Positions 47,503-57,583 of a stretch of 64,000 nt of DNA are shown here, piece by piece. This DNA is from Desulfurococcales archaeon (lineage in GTDB: Archaea; Thermoproteota; Thermoprotei_A; Sulfolobales; Desulfurococcaceae), in NCBI GenBank assembly GCA_027067785.1, contig JAMOVL010000065.1:16086-80085 (forward strand). The letters run 5' to 3'. Below the pieces are notes generated by a model, which worked only from the letters and a program-made list of their open reading frames with translations, searched no databases and was not told the DNA's origin. A program made the translations under genes and the position numbers. The first letter of the stretch is position 1, and every line of letters starts with the position of its first letter.

Positions 47503-48173
47503 GATTTTCCTATAAAATCCAGGATAGTATGTTGCTTTTTACTTTCCCTACGTCTATCTTCACTAGCCAGTTCATCGACTAATTTCTTTAATACTTCTTT
47601 GAAATCCTTGATTATTACAGGCCTGAGCTTCGGATAGTATAGAGCTGCCGCCGGATGGTATGTCGGCATAATTTTAAGGTTGACACCATAGAGTTCAACA
47701 GAGAATATCTTCCCGTGCATGCGTGTCATACTAGTCCATTTGACCCCTGCATCGCCTAGCAATGTTCTACCTGCATATCTCCCCAGTGTGACTATTATCC
47801 TGGGCAAGATCAGCCTTATTTGTCGTACAAGGTACGGCTTACAAGCCTCGATCTCATCCGGTTCCGGATCCCTATTGTTCGGCGGACGGCACTTTAAAAT
47901 ATTCGTTATAAATACATCCTCTCTCCTAAGCCCAGCCATGCCTAGGAGCTCTGTGAGGAACTGGCCCGCTGCGCCGACAAAGGGCCTACCAGTTTCATCT
48001 TCTTTTCCTCCAGGTGCTTCGCCGACAAACATTATTTTCGCGTCACATGGACCTTCTCCGGGAACCGGGTTTCGTCTCGTTTTATAGAGTTTACACTTAG
48101 TGCATTTCTTGATCTCATCAATTATCTCGTACCACTCTGCAGGACATATTGAGCTGCTCAATCCAATCAGCAC
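47499..48173 (-). CDS. udg: family 4 uracil-DNA glycosylase
   Basis: GEAPGGKEDETGRPFVGAAGQ, NILKCRPPNNRDP and TYHPAAALY motifs. N-terminal cysteines for the 4Fe-4S cluster. Confidence 0.9.
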   Translation of the reverse strand: MLIGLSSSICPAEWYEIIDEIKKCTKCKLYKTRRNPVPGEGPCDAKIMFVGEAPGGKEDETGRPFVGAAGQFLTELLGMAGLRREDVFITNILKCRPPNNRDPEPDEIEACKPYLVRQIRLILPRIIVTLGRYAGRTLLGDAGVKWTSMTRMHGKIFSVELYGVNLKIMPTYHPAAALYYPKLRPVIIKDFKEVLKKLVDELASEDRRRESKKQHTILDFIGKS

Positions 48174-48239
48174 CGTTAATAGTATTTGTCTAACTGTTAG
48201 AAAATATATGGTTGCCAGAGAAATATAAGAAGACCAGAG

Positions 48240-49142
48240 GTGCTGTCAGCCTCAATGACACATAAGCTAATAGTTATAAAGTCGGATTTTACAAGCAAGC
48301 TCGGCCTTAAAAAATACAGGGAAGCAATCGATCCCGATGAAATCTTCGATGTACTAAATAATGAGAACGCCGACTACTATGTTGTAATACCAGATATAAT
48401 ATATCCTTATAAGCGTGATATACTGAAGATAGCTGAGGATTTCAAGGATAACGATCTAGTTATAGTCATAGGAAAGCCGAAGTCTCCGTTCTCACGCCTA
48501 TTACTCACGCTGTCTAAATCCCCTATACCCTTCAAGAACAATGAGCTCCAGTCAAGCCTCGCAGTCATAATTAGGAAGGATCTTGTCCATAAAGTTCCAG
48601 GTATGGTGAAAAGCCTTGACGAGCTTCTCGAGAAAGCAACCCGCGTAGTTGAAGTATTGTATGATGTACCAATCTACGATTATGTATTAACAATCTATGG
48701 AAGGCTTCCTAAGACATTTCTCGTCGCTCTACACGAGCCCCTACGAATCATAAAATTTGGTATAGTAGGGTTCTCGGGTGCAATAGTCAATCTGGGGACG
48801 ATACAGTTCCTGAGCACACATTATCCCCAGCTACTATCATCTCCACTCGGCCTTTTCCTAATGGCTTTCACAGGGTTTGAGATAAGTCTTTCATGGAACT
48901 TCGTTCTACATGAATTATGGACTTTCCGCGACTTAGAGCTTGAACGTGGGATCTTTTCTCGTATCAAACGATGGCTTAAATACCACGTTGCAAGCCTGGG
49001 CAGCCTGTTAGCCCAATCAGCGACAATAGGTTTACTCACAGGAATCTTCCACCTCGAGGTAATAGTGAGCGCAGCGTTCGGAATACTTGCAGGCTTCATA
49101 CTCAACTACTTGATAGGAAGATTCTACACGTGGAAGAAATAA
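48240..49142 (+). CDS. GtrA-like membrane protein with an N-terminal cytoplasmic domain
   Basis: The C-terminal ~130 aa carry 4 TM segments with the GtrA pattern (KFGIVGFSGAIVNLG...HELWTF...). GTG start at 48240, or ATG at 48255. Confidence 0.6.
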   Translation: MLSASMTHKLIVIKSDFTSKLGLKKYREAIDPDEIFDVLNNENADYYVVIPDIIYPYKRDILKIAEDFKDNDLVIVIGKPKSPFSRLLLTLSKSPIPFKNNELQSSLAVIIRKDLVHKVPGMVKSLDELLEKATRVVEVLYDVPIYDYVLTIYGRLPKTFLVALHEPLRIIKFGIVGFSGAIVNLGTIQFLSTHYPQLLSSPLGLFLMAFTGFEISLSWNFVLHELWTFRDLELERGIFSRIKRWLKYHVASLGSLLAQSATIGLLTGIFHLEVIVSAAFGILAGFILNYLIGRFYTWKK

Positions 49143-49209
49143 GTTGGAGAATAAATCCTTATATTAGCCAATGAATACTTTTCTCCAACCAGGAAACGGG
49201 TGATTACTA

Positions 49210-49449
49210 ATGGGCGGCAAGCACGGCAAACACATCTATATACTAAGAAAAGATGGCTGGTACGTCAAGGTACGAGTGTTGAATATTAGGCTTAAGAAGA
49301 AAGGCAAGAAAGAAGAGACATTTGATATTAATGACCCTACAAGATACATCGTCGTAGGCCCTAAGACCAGGAAAGCACCGATATCGTACTATATACTGAA
49401 AGAAGATGATGTGCCCGACGAGGTTAGAAAGAAGCTGTATATGGTCTAA
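49210..49449 (+). CDS. hypothetical small basic protein
   Basis: 79-aa ORF preceded by GGGTGAT (49198-49204). Lys-rich. Confidence 0.5.
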   Translation: MGGKHGKHIYILRKDGWYVKVRVLNIRLKKKGKKEETFDINDPTRYIVVGPKTRKAPISYYILKEDDVPDEVRKKLYMV

Positions 49450-49481
49450 CAATAATTTTTCATAACACAAAGTGATCATAT

Positions 49482-49763
49482 ATGCGGGTAAAACAGGCTT
49501 TATCAAATTATTTCGATAAAATCCTCTGCGAAGAACAAGCAGAGCATATTATGTGTATAGTGAAACATAATGGTCGTGAATATCTATTATGCATTTCAAT
49601 AACAGGCATAGTACCTTATGCGAAAATAGCTCGAGCTGATAGAGTAACTACGCTGGACTGTAGAATGCTAGAATACGATCCAAGAGGACTCTATGTTTTC
49701 GCCGACAATCTCGAATCCTTGGCACGCCGTATACGAGAGAAAATAGAGGCGTCCATCCTATGA
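49482..49763 (+). CDS. hypothetical small protein
   Basis: 93-aa ORF whose stop overlaps the start of the downstream HAD gene (ATGA-type overlap at 49760). Confidence 0.5.
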   Translation: MRVKQALSNYFDKILCEEQAEHIMCIVKHNGREYLLCISITGIVPYAKIARADRVTTLDCRMLEYDPRGLYVFADNLESLARRIREKIEASIL

Positions 49764-50545
49764 AAAAATACAAACTCGTAGTAACCGATCTCGATGGAGT
49801 AATATGGAGAGGGGGAAAACCGCTTATACAGAACATAAAAGCGCTTAAAGAACTAATGCGAAAAGGTGTCAGGGTAAAATACCTAACAAATAATGCGACT
49901 AAGTCACGCGTTGAATACGTTGAGATATTGAAGAACTACGATCTAGATGCTAGTATCGATGATATCATAACATCTGCGTATGCCGCAACTTACTGGGTCA
50001 GGAAAAACAAGGGAAGATTCATATTTATCGTGGGAGAGGCAGGGCTTTTCTATGAGGCAGTCGTTAATGGTCTTATACCAGTATCCCATGATACGAGAGC
50101 CGATCATGTGATTGTGGGGTTAGATAGACACCTAACATATAGCAAGATACGTGAAGCCTCAAGAATGATACAGGAGGGAGCAGTTTTCGTAGCTGCTAAC
50201 ACTGATTCCACCCTCCCAGTTGAAAACAGGCTCGATCCGGGTGCAGGCTCGATTGTTGAAATGATAACTAGAGCCACTGGCAGAAAACCAGATTTTATAG
50301 CTGGGAAACCGAATAAATGGATACTAGATCTAGCTATCGGCGATTTAGATAGGAATAATGTATTGATCATTGGTGATAGGCTCGACACCGATATTGCACT
50401 AGGTAATAATGCTGGTGTTGATACATTATTAGTGCTTACAGGTGCTTCGAAACCAGATGATCTTGAGTCATCAGAGTATATGCCGACCTATGTGGCAAAG
50501 GATCTTTATTCATTTATTCATGATTATCCAGAATTGTTTGAATAA
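49760..50545 (+). CDS. HAD-superfamily subfamily IIA hydrolase (NagD/PNPPase-like)
   Basis: VVTDLDGVIWRG (motif I), TNNATKS (motif II) and GDRLDTDI (motif IV). 261 aa. Confidence 0.85.
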   Translation: MKKYKLVVTDLDGVIWRGGKPLIQNIKALKELMRKGVRVKYLTNNATKSRVEYVEILKNYDLDASIDDIITSAYAATYWVRKNKGRFIFIVGEAGLFYEAVVNGLIPVSHDTRADHVIVGLDRHLTYSKIREASRMIQEGAVFVAANTDSTLPVENRLDPGAGSIVEMITRATGRKPDFIAGKPNKWILDLAIGDLDRNNVLIIGDRLDTDIALGNNAGVDTLLVLTGASKPDDLESSEYMPTYVAKDLYSFIHDYPELFE

Positions 50546-50578
50546 GGAGAGATAAGTATTTGTTTTTCATAGTATTCT

Positions 50579-51237
50579 TTAAAGTCTTCTTAATTCAGGC
50601 TTAACAAGATCATGGCTTATTTCGATTATTGCGTAGAATCCTCTCATAGCGGGTCCCGGGTTAATAATTACTGTGTCTCGGTACCTTGTTATGTACCGAT
50701 ATTCGTGTAGATGGCCAGTAATCCATAGAGAAATGTTACTAGTATTGCTATCTAGAAATTCCCTGAGAGCCTTTGATCCCACATGGAGCCCGCCTATAAC
50801 ATCGTTGATACCATATATTGGTGCATGAGTAACAACTATCTTTTTGATCTCACGCACCTTATCGCTGAGCGTGTTAAGCATCTCTCTGATCTCATCATCC
50901 GTGAACTCTATAGGGGTATCAAAAGGCGTGGGGTTACTTCCACCTATGCCTACTAAAGCGAGATCTCCGAGGCTATAGGCTTTTTATGCAGATTTACTAT
51001 TCTGTCATCGCCACTATAATCTATAAGCCTAGGATCATCGCAGTTGCCTGGAACAAAGAAGATTGTAGCCGCAGACGATTCATGTAGACTACGAAGTATG
51101 TAGAGTGCTTCTTCTAACGTACCAAAATGCGTGATATCACCTGCCACTATAATTGCATCTATATCTCTATTCGACACAACAATCTTTAGAGCTCTTGATA
51201 ATCTATCATGTATGTCAGTGAGCGTCAGCACCCTCAT
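50579..51237 (-). pseudogene. metallophosphoesterase interrupted by a 1-nt frameshift
   Basis: ORF 50953..51237 encodes the N-terminal motifs (LTDIHD, AGDITHFG, PGNCDD). ORF 50579..50881 encodes the C-terminal motifs (VTHAP, TGHLHE). Reading the stretch between them in the C-terminal ORF frame gives AYSLGDLALVGIGGSNPTPFDTPIEF, the expected middle of the protein. The frames diverge at a T5 run (plus strand 50981-50985). Confidence 0.8.
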
Positions 51238-51318
51238 CTTAGACCCACCCCAGATTACAGAGAAATGTAGAAGAGAGTATTAAGGCTGAACTACAAATCT
51301 ATTCGAGGTGGAAGGGAA

Positions 51319-51852
51319 ATGAAAAAGAAATTCCTATCTAGAAAGATCGAGGAAGCTAGCGTTAATGTCAGAGTTGAGAAAGGAAGGATTAATATCGCTG
51401 GAAGAGACTATCATACCAGTCATGCCTTTCTAAAAGGCTGTGATAAGGCATCCATAATTGTTGATCATGATAATCTTGTGCTGAACGCTTGGTTCGAGAA
51501 ACTCCCGGAGCTTCGGGAAGAAGATGGTGCTATAGTCGTTTATGATCGAGATTATAGCGGTGAAAGAATAGTTAATGATACATTTGAGAAGATAACTAGG
51601 AACAATGATAAGATCGAAGCAGTATTAATGCCTTTGAAGCTGAGGATTTGGGGTGATAAGGGCGGAGTACAGGTTTTCATAAATGATAACATAGACCTAC
51701 GTTCCGAAAAAGCCGAGGTCACCGTAAACACTAAGTCAACCATAAACTTCATTACATGGCCTTTTCCGGCTGTATGGATCTATGTTGAAAGAGCTGATCT
51801 AATGGCTAAACAAGATAAACAAGTTATAAAAATCACGATAAAGGCCATGTAG
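51319..51852 (+). CDS. hypothetical protein
   Basis: 177-aa ORF with no recognisable motif. Confidence 0.5.
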   Translation: MKKKFLSRKIEEASVNVRVEKGRINIAGRDYHTSHAFLKGCDKASIIVDHDNLVLNAWFEKLPELREEDGAIVVYDRDYSGERIVNDTFEKITRNNDKIEAVLMPLKLRIWGDKGGVQVFINDNIDLRSEKAEVTVNTKSTINFITWPFPAVWIYVERADLMAKQDKQVIKITIKAM

Positions 51853-51871
51853 TCTCTTCGCCATCACCGCG

Positions 51872-52699
51872 CTATAGTTCTTTCAGCGGCTCCCTATTCC
51901 ATGATAGCCTGGGATAAGGCGGAAAGCCTCGCTTGTGCCTGCTTCTACGATGAAGGGTTATAACCCTTTCGATCAGTTCTGCAGATATCCCGGTTACCTC
52001 TGATAATTCCTCCTTTGTTAATCCAAGGTCGAATAATCCGTAGAGTATAAGATCTATGTCTTCATATTTCATCCCTAATTCTTTCTCTGCAAGGTGCCCG
52101 GGCCATAGTCTGGGGCTACTTGGCTTCTTAATTATACGCTCCGGGATCCCCAGCCAGTGAGCTATATGTCTTACCTGTGTCTTATACAGGCATGCTAGGG
52201 GCAGTAGGTCTACGGCACCATCACCATATTTGGTGAAATATCCTATCAATATCTCGCTCCTATCACCAGTACCTAGTACGAGGTAAGAGAATCTGTTTGC
52301 ATAATAGTATAGTATGTTCATCCTTATTCTTGCTCGAAGATTTCCTGTAGCTATATTATCCTCTAGGTCAAAGAATGGAAGTACTGAATAAGTATCAACT
52401 ATTTCATCTATATTGATTAGATAATGTTTTACACCAAACAGTTTCGCAAGCGTTAAGGCATCGTCAACATCCTGCTTAGGGGTTGTTCTTCTATCGGGAA
52501 GTATTAGTGCGGTGACATGTTCCTTTCCCAACGCATCAACTGCTAATGCAAGAGCTACCGATGAATCTATACCACCACTCACACCAATGACTACACCTTT
52601 CACGCCAGATTCTTCTACATATTCCTGGATGAAATCCGTGATCTCAGAGATTGTTCTTTCTACAGGAAAAGTAAGCAAGGCATTTATAGATAACTTCAT
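51872..52699 (-). CDS. nadE: NH3-dependent NAD+ synthetase
   Basis: PP-loop GVSGGIDSSV, followed by the typical NadE core (TGDRSE, GYFTKYGDG, DLLPL). The ATG at 52699 is favoured over the track start at 52774. Confidence 0.9.
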   Translation of the reverse strand: MKLSINALLTFPVERTISEITDFIQEYVEESGVKGVVIGVSGGIDSSVALALAVDALGKEHVTALILPDRRTTPKQDVDDALTLAKLFGVKHYLINIDEIVDTYSVLPFFDLEDNIATGNLRARIRMNILYYYANRFSYLVLGTGDRSEILIGYFTKYGDGAVDLLPLACLYKTQVRHIAHWLGIPERIIKKPSSPRLWPGHLAEKELGMKYEDIDLILYGLFDLGLTKEELSEVTGISAELIERVITLHRRSRHKRGFPPYPRLSWNREPLKEL

Positions 52700-52848
52700 T
52701 CCAGACACACCTGCCGCCGATATTGAGCGGGCATCATGATGATAAATATTAATTTGACAGATTATAATAACCACTACGCTTCAGTGATACAACTATACTT
52801 AAACATTCTCGTCGTCATAACTATATAGTGTGTAGCAAGGTGCCCGGA

Positions 52849-53622
52849 ATGGGAGAAGAAGGAATATTTACACATCGATTTAAAGACTATGTGGAATCCT
52901 TACTCTTAGAGAGAAGACTGAGAGGGGTTCCCGGAAAACCTGTTAGCAAGCCTACTTATTTCGGAAAACCATCACCTATAATCAAGAGCGGGGAAAGCCT
53001 TTTCTGTATACGTCTCGTCGGTAAGACTGAGACATTGCTTAATGCAATACAATTAATTAAAGACGCTGAAAACATTAAGTTGATCGAGTGCTATATGAAT
53101 TTCAAGCCTAGCCCCTATCTGACCTGTATATTGTCTTCTAAGACCAGAGACTCTATATGGTCGTTAACAGATAGACTCGTACTCCTTAATGATCTAATGT
53201 ATGTAGATGTGTTGAAGGCGTTTGAACCAATGGACAAAGGTTATGTAGTCAATCCGTGGCTGTTCCCGGTCGAAATAGGGCGTGAAACAATGTCGTTGAT
53301 TCCATTAAAGACTCTTTGCATGCTTGATGAGAAAACCTCTAAGATAATGATCGAGACAATTACTGATCTGATAAGGAAGAGGCTTGGTATTAGCATAAAA
53401 GATAGGGATCTACTCATAGAAACTATATCTGTCCTTGGCCTAGGCAGGATTGTTAGAAAATGGTATGATAAGGGCACACAATTCATTGAAGTGACGTGCG
53501 GCCATCCAAGCGAAACCTATTGTGAATTCATAAAGGAGCTTCTCGAGAATTTATCCGGGCTGAAATATAGGGTTCTGCATAAGGGTAGTGTTTGCCTATT
53601 ATCGTCTCCTAGTATGGATTAA
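52849..53622 (+). CDS. hypothetical protein
   Basis: 257-264 aa ORF (GTG at 52828 or ATG at 52849). No recognisable motif. Confidence 0.5.
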   Translation: MGEEGIFTHRFKDYVESLLLERRLRGVPGKPVSKPTYFGKPSPIIKSGESLFCIRLVGKTETLLNAIQLIKDAENIKLIECYMNFKPSPYLTCILSSKTRDSIWSLTDRLVLLNDLMYVDVLKAFEPMDKGYVVNPWLFPVEIGRETMSLIPLKTLCMLDEKTSKIMIETITDLIRKRLGISIKDRDLLIETISVLGLGRIVRKWYDKGTQFIEVTCGHPSETYCEFIKELLENLSGLKYRVLHKGSVCLLSSPSMD

Positions 53623-53623
53623 T

Positions 53624-54292
53624 TCATCTCTTCCTACATAGCTCCATATACTCTCTATTGAGATCACGTTCTACTATTTCTCCATTAGGTCTTAGTTCTT
53701 TGAAGGCACGTCCTTCATAGTAGTAGATCGATGTTGATTCGTCAAGCCAACAATCAGGCGATAATCCTGCCTTTAGACATGTTTCAGCTAAGAACGTTTC
53801 TTCATCCCAGCAATACTCTACAGGTACCATGGGAAGCAATGTTCCTTTAAACCATCCTTTTTCAACGACTAAGCCATACTTACCTATAATGATATGTTTA
53901 GGTAGTTCTCTACGATCGCTTACATTGAACGGGACAGGTTCGGATAGAACAGTTACTTCGATAACAACATGATCTATTTCGTCAGGCGTCATAAGAGGAA
54001 AACGCGGATCATTAAGTGCAGCTTCGATCGCAGATCTTATTATTGCTTCGCCAAGAGAATATATAGGTGCTAGGAACCCAATGCATCCACGTAACTCGGT
54101 CCTGTTCTCTCCAAGGAACGTTTCGATCGTCGTGAAAACCATTCCAGGCCTTCTGAAGATCGGGGGAGCATCTGCTGGTAACGTTATTGTTCTGCCGTTC
54201 AATAGTTTTTCACTTATGGCTCTCCTGGCAAGCCTTACAGCATATATTCCTTCCTCAAGGCTCAGTTCCCGAGGATGCACTGGAGTGCTCAT
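53624..54292 (-). CDS. AMMECR1 domain protein
   Basis: The LRGCIGF motif and typical length (222 aa). Confidence 0.85.
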   Translation of the reverse strand: MSTPVHPRELSLEEGIYAVRLARRAISEKLLNGRTITLPADAPPIFRRPGMVFTTIETFLGENRTELRGCIGFLAPIYSLGEAIIRSAIEAALNDPRFPLMTPDEIDHVVIEVTVLSEPVPFNVSDRRELPKHIIIGKYGLVVEKGWFKGTLLPMVPVEYCWDEETFLAETCLKAGLSPDCWLDESTSIYYYEGRAFKELRPNGEIVERDLNREYMELCRKR

Positions 54293-54813
54293 ACCCTCCC
54301 CCCGGATATACTATATATATTTCCAGCCTTCATTTTTTCCAGGATCTCTCTTGCCCGTCTAAGGGTCTCCTCTATTCCTTTCCAGTGTCCTCCAACCCAA
54401 TATATCTTCCCACACTTTGTGCATTCCCAGAAATCATAGTGTAGCTCATAGACTTTTCTCGGAACACGTCCTTTCACATAGTCTTTACTCACTTTTCGTA
54501 GTTCTCCATTACAAACAGGACATCTTGATCTATCTAGATCGATGTGTAGTCTTATCCCTGTACGATATGCTATGAATGCTAGTCTCTCAGCCATGTCGTC
54601 CATGTAGAGATAAAGGCTACGTAGTCCCCTATTTATCGCTCTATGATGTAGTCCTCTATCCCTAGTGATAATGATCCTGCCCTCTTTCTCCGCCAAAGAG
54701 AGTATTTTCCAGTCTTTGTAGGCCCTGTTATAAAGTGTATCATAGCCGAGCATACGTAGCCATCGAGCAACATTGCCGAGCATAGAGTCAACAATGAATC
54801 GTGGTTCTTCCAA
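54289..54813 (-). CDS. Mut7-C (DUF82) PIN-like RNase domain protein with a C-terminal zinc ribbon
   Basis: [21 protein letters not shown] at the N-terminus, and CPVCNG...CTKCGK. 4-nt overlap with the AMMECR1 gene. Confidence 0.8.
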   Translation of the reverse strand: MEEPRFIVDSMLGNVARWLRMLGYDTLYNRAYKDWKILSLAEKEGRIIITRDRGLHHRAINRGLRSLYLYMDDMAERLAFIAYRTGIRLHIDLDRSRCPVCNGELRKVSKDYVKGRVPRKVYELHYDFWECTKCGKIYWVGGHWKGIEETLRRAREILEKMKAGNIYSISGGRV

Positions 54814-54864
54814 AAAACATTACCTCTACGCATTGCTTCATATTTTTAGAAAAGATATCTGTGA

Positions 54865-55728
54865 CTAGGATAGAAGTTCACGCTTATTCGTTACAAGGTG
54901 ATTTAGCAACGTATCTATTGTCACGACGCCGGCAACCTTTCCTATCTCATCAAGGACTACGGCTCCTCTACTGCCCTTCTTCATTATCTCTGCTACAGCC
55001 TGTGATACAGTGTCGGCCAGCCTTACTTTGGGAGGTCTGAACCTCATGATATCTTCAACGATCAGGTGAGTTATTCGTTCTTTCCTATACTTCGACGGCA
55101 CTATGTCTTCGAACTTGACGAAGGCATATGCTAATTCATATATGGTGACGTATCCTACTAGTTCATCGTTTTCATCAAGTACGGGTACAAAGCTTGTATC
55201 GGTTGAGAGCATATCCTGTCTTACTTTTAGAACTCTATCCGTCGTCCTAGCGATAATAGGTGAAGTATCCATTATTGTCCTGACTTCAGTATCATCATTC
55301 TCGGCTAGTTTTACAATATCTGTTTTTAGGACTGCTCCTAGAACATCATTGGCTTCGTTGACTACAGGTAATATTCCGATCTTTTTGCTAAGCATTAGTT
55401 CAGCTGCTTCAACAAGTGATGAACTAGGAGCTATACTTATTGGAGGAAAGCTCATGAAGCTAGACACGTGTACTCTGCTAGGAGTGGTTCTGCTGAGCCT
55501 CTGGGTTGCTAGTTTAAGAACTATGTCTCTACTCGTCAGTACTCCGGCGAGTAGTTTAACTTCTTTCCCCGGCTCGATCACACGGTTCTCCAGTACTATT
55601 ATCTTGTCTATACCGCTTTTCTCCATTAGCTTGAAAGCATGGTATAAGGTATCATTTTTATCTATACGAGGAATATCTTCGCGTAATAGTTCATTGACTG
55701 TTCTACCCATTATCCTACCACCTCGCAT
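54865..55728 (-). CDS. CBS-domain protein (two CBS pairs)
   Basis: Repeated CBS-type segments (...GILPVVNEANDVLGAVLKTDIV..., ...FVPVLDENDELVGYVTIYEL..., ...GAVVLDEIGKVAGVVTIDTLL). Confidence 0.8.
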   Translation of the reverse strand: MRGGRIMGRTVNELLREDIPRIDKNDTLYHAFKLMEKSGIDKIIVLENRVIEPGKEVKLLAGVLTSRDIVLKLATQRLSRTTPSRVHVSSFMSFPPISIAPSSSLVEAAELMLSKKIGILPVVNEANDVLGAVLKTDIVKLAENDDTEVRTIMDTSPIIARTTDRVLKVRQDMLSTDTSFVPVLDENDELVGYVTIYELAYAFVKFEDIVPSKYRKERITHLIVEDIMRFRPPKVRLADTVSQAVAEIMKKGSRGAVVLDEIGKVAGVVTIDTLLNHLVTNKRELLS

Positions 55729-55730
55729 GC

Positions 55731-56681
55731 CTAGCGCTTTGCCGTGACTGCGTATAGTATGTCTCGCTCTGTTATTATGCCTATGAGCTCCATTTTATCG
55801 TTAACCACAAGGGCTGAGCCCACGTTTCGCTCGGCCATCCTCTGCGCTACATCGCCCAGATCCTCGTCGGGCCTGGCGGTGACAAGCTCACGTATCATTA
55901 GGTCGTCTACAGGTATTGATATCGCTTCTTCAATATTGCCCGTTGATGTATGCTTGAATGCTTCATGGGAGCCAAAATACCTCACTATATCCATCGCAGT
56001 TATTATTCCAAGCACAACGTTTTCCCCGACAACAGGTATCCTTCGGAACCCGTACTTGATCATCTTCTTCATCGCTTCTTTTAGTGGCGCGCCAGACTCT
56101 ATAGTTATGACTGGTGTTGACATCACTTCTGATACTGGTACACCTATTTTTACCCCGCTCATAAAGTATTTCAGCAGGTCATGCTCCGTCACAATCCCGA
56201 AGATCCTGCCATCTCTCAGGAGGACAGGCACGACGCCGATCTCGTTGAGAACCATTTTCTCCAGGACATCCGGGATCTTCTCATCGATATATGCTACGAC
56301 AGGGTCTTTTATCATGAGCGTCTCTACTTTTTCTTTTTCAAGCGCACCATAGATGTTGTAATTGTATCTCTCCTTAACAATATTGTAGTACTCTCCTCCT
56401 CCAAGATAATTCACTATGTGGGATGCTAGTAATAGGCCGCGGAGATACCTCGATTGCTCAACTACGAGGCTCCTATATCCTTTAGCCATTTTCTCCGTTG
56501 CTTCAAGTATTGGTGATTGCGGAGCCACCGTCTCCACTGGTTTTTTAGCTATCATCTCCATTTCTTCCGTTGTTTTATAGATCCTGTCTTCAAAGTTGGG
56601 TTTCCCATCGCTTCTAAGCCACCTATATTTTTCAGGCCTTCGGGGCACGCCTCTGGATGGCCCTATTCCTCTTCTGGACAA
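55731..56681 (-). CDS. CBS-domain protein (two CBS pairs)
   Basis: Repeated CBS-type segments (VVPVLLRDGRIFGIVTEHDLL, RRIPVVGENVVLGIITAMDIV, SALVVNDKMELIGIITERDIL). Confidence 0.8.
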   Translation of the reverse strand: MSRRGIGPSRGVPRRPEKYRWLRSDGKPNFEDRIYKTTEEMEMIAKKPVETVAPQSPILEATEKMAKGYRSLVVEQSRYLRGLLLASHIVNYLGGGEYYNIVKERYNYNIYGALEKEKVETLMIKDPVVAYIDEKIPDVLEKMVLNEIGVVPVLLRDGRIFGIVTEHDLLKYFMSGVKIGVPVSEVMSTPVITIESGAPLKEAMKKMIKYGFRRIPVVGENVVLGIITAMDIVRYFGSHEAFKHTSTGNIEEAISIPVDDLMIRELVTARPDEDLGDVAQRMAERNVGSALVVNDKMELIGIITERDILYAVTAKR

Positions 56682-56808
56682 GTTCTCACCTCTAGATAAT
56701 ACTTTGTTTGAAGAGGATTAACTAGTTATCCTTAGAATAAACAGTTAATAATTATTCGAGACCTGCAATATAATATATTACATTGTCAAGATATACAAAA
56801 CGATTATA

Positions 56809-57234
56809 TCATTTCTCTTCGGAGCCAAGCTTTTTCTTAACAATATCTAGGAGATCGCGGAGTAACATTATCAGATCATTGTCTGTTATAATACCAACCA
56901 ATTTGTTCCCCGATCTAACAGGTAGATGCGTTAAATTGTTCCTAATCATAGTCTCGATGATAACCTCGATGTCATCATCAGCATTTACCGTTATTAGCGG
57001 TGAAGACATGATTTTCTCAACCGTTTCTTTCTCAGCATCTCTTTTCTCGAAGAGCACCGCCCATATAATGTCTCTCTTGGTGACTATTCCTATAGGGCTA
57101 CCCTGATCCGTCACTATCAGGGATCCTATACCCTCGTTTATGAGGCGCTGCGCAGCATCCTTTATAGTCGTTGTTTTATCGACGTATCTGAGCTCAGGAA
57201 CCATTATGTCCTGGGCTTTTAATGTGTAGGCCAA
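56809..57234 (-). CDS. CBS-domain protein (single CBS pair)
   Basis: GSLIVTDQGSPIGIVTKRDII and HLPVRSGNKLVGIITDNDLI. 141 aa. Confidence 0.8.
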   Translation of the reverse strand: MAYTLKAQDIMVPELRYVDKTTTIKDAAQRLINEGIGSLIVTDQGSPIGIVTKRDIIWAVLFEKRDAEKETVEKIMSSPLITVNADDDIEVIIETMIRNNLTHLPVRSGNKLVGIITDNDLIMLLRDLLDIVKKKLGSEEK

Positions 57235-57244
57235 AGCGGGACAC

Positions 57245-57532
57245 CTAGCCCAGAGCTATCTCGGGCGCTATCTGTCCATAGTTTATGCTTACGAATAATA
57301 TGTGGCTACCACGTATGAGTACCTTGCCGTAGCGAGCTACCTTGTTGCCCTGGTCGTCGTATTCTTCACAATCGCTTAATACTACGTTCATTGTATGATC
57401 TACAAGCTCTAGTGTGCCTATGTACTCATATCCATCCTTGAGCTTGATTAGTACCGTCTGGTTCACGGCGCTCCTGAGGTATTTGAGTGGCGTTGAGGGC
57501 CTAGTTGTTCTTGCTGCCACCATGGGGTTCAT
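57245..57532 (-). CDS. Sm-like archaeal protein (SmAP/LSm)
   Basis: Sm1 (VLIKLKDGYEYIGTLELVDHTMNVVLSD) and Sm2 (VLIRGSHILFVS) motifs. Confidence 0.85.
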   Translation of the reverse strand: MNPMVAARTTRPSTPLKYLRSAVNQTVLIKLKDGYEYIGTLELVDHTMNVVLSDCEEYDDQGNKVARYGKVLIRGSHILFVSINYGQIAPEIALG

Positions 57533-57583
57533 CCTCTTCGGTGTTTTTCCTAGTCTGCTTAACCATGATATAGTTAGGTGTAT

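Noticed and set aside
49143-49189. A 9-bp inverted repeat, GTTGGAGAA...TTCTCCAAC, after the GtrA-like gene, as a possible terminator or regulatory hairpin.
   Set aside because: The 29-nt AT-rich loop makes a stable hairpin unlikely at high temperature. Archaeal termination mainly relies on T-tracts. No other support.
50975-50990. Programmed -1 ribosomal frameshift at AAA-AAG in the split metallophosphoesterase.
   Set aside because: Only a partial slippery site is present (U-AAA-AAG rather than A-AAA-AAG), and I see no obvious downstream stimulatory structure. A homopolymer indel (pseudogene or sequencing error) is the simpler explanation.
55103-56352. Long plus-strand ORFs (55103..55747 and 55744..56352) opposite the CBS genes. 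The same applies to similar antisense ORFs: 7893..8480, 6740..7177, 25206..25679, 27371..27724, 28624..29097, 36220..36831, 40302..40664, 41411..41809, 47719..48087, 58489..58920 and 61345..61824.
   Set aside because: All are shadows of well-supported genes on the other strand. Their translations are Ser/Leu/Ile-rich and low-complexity, with no motifs.
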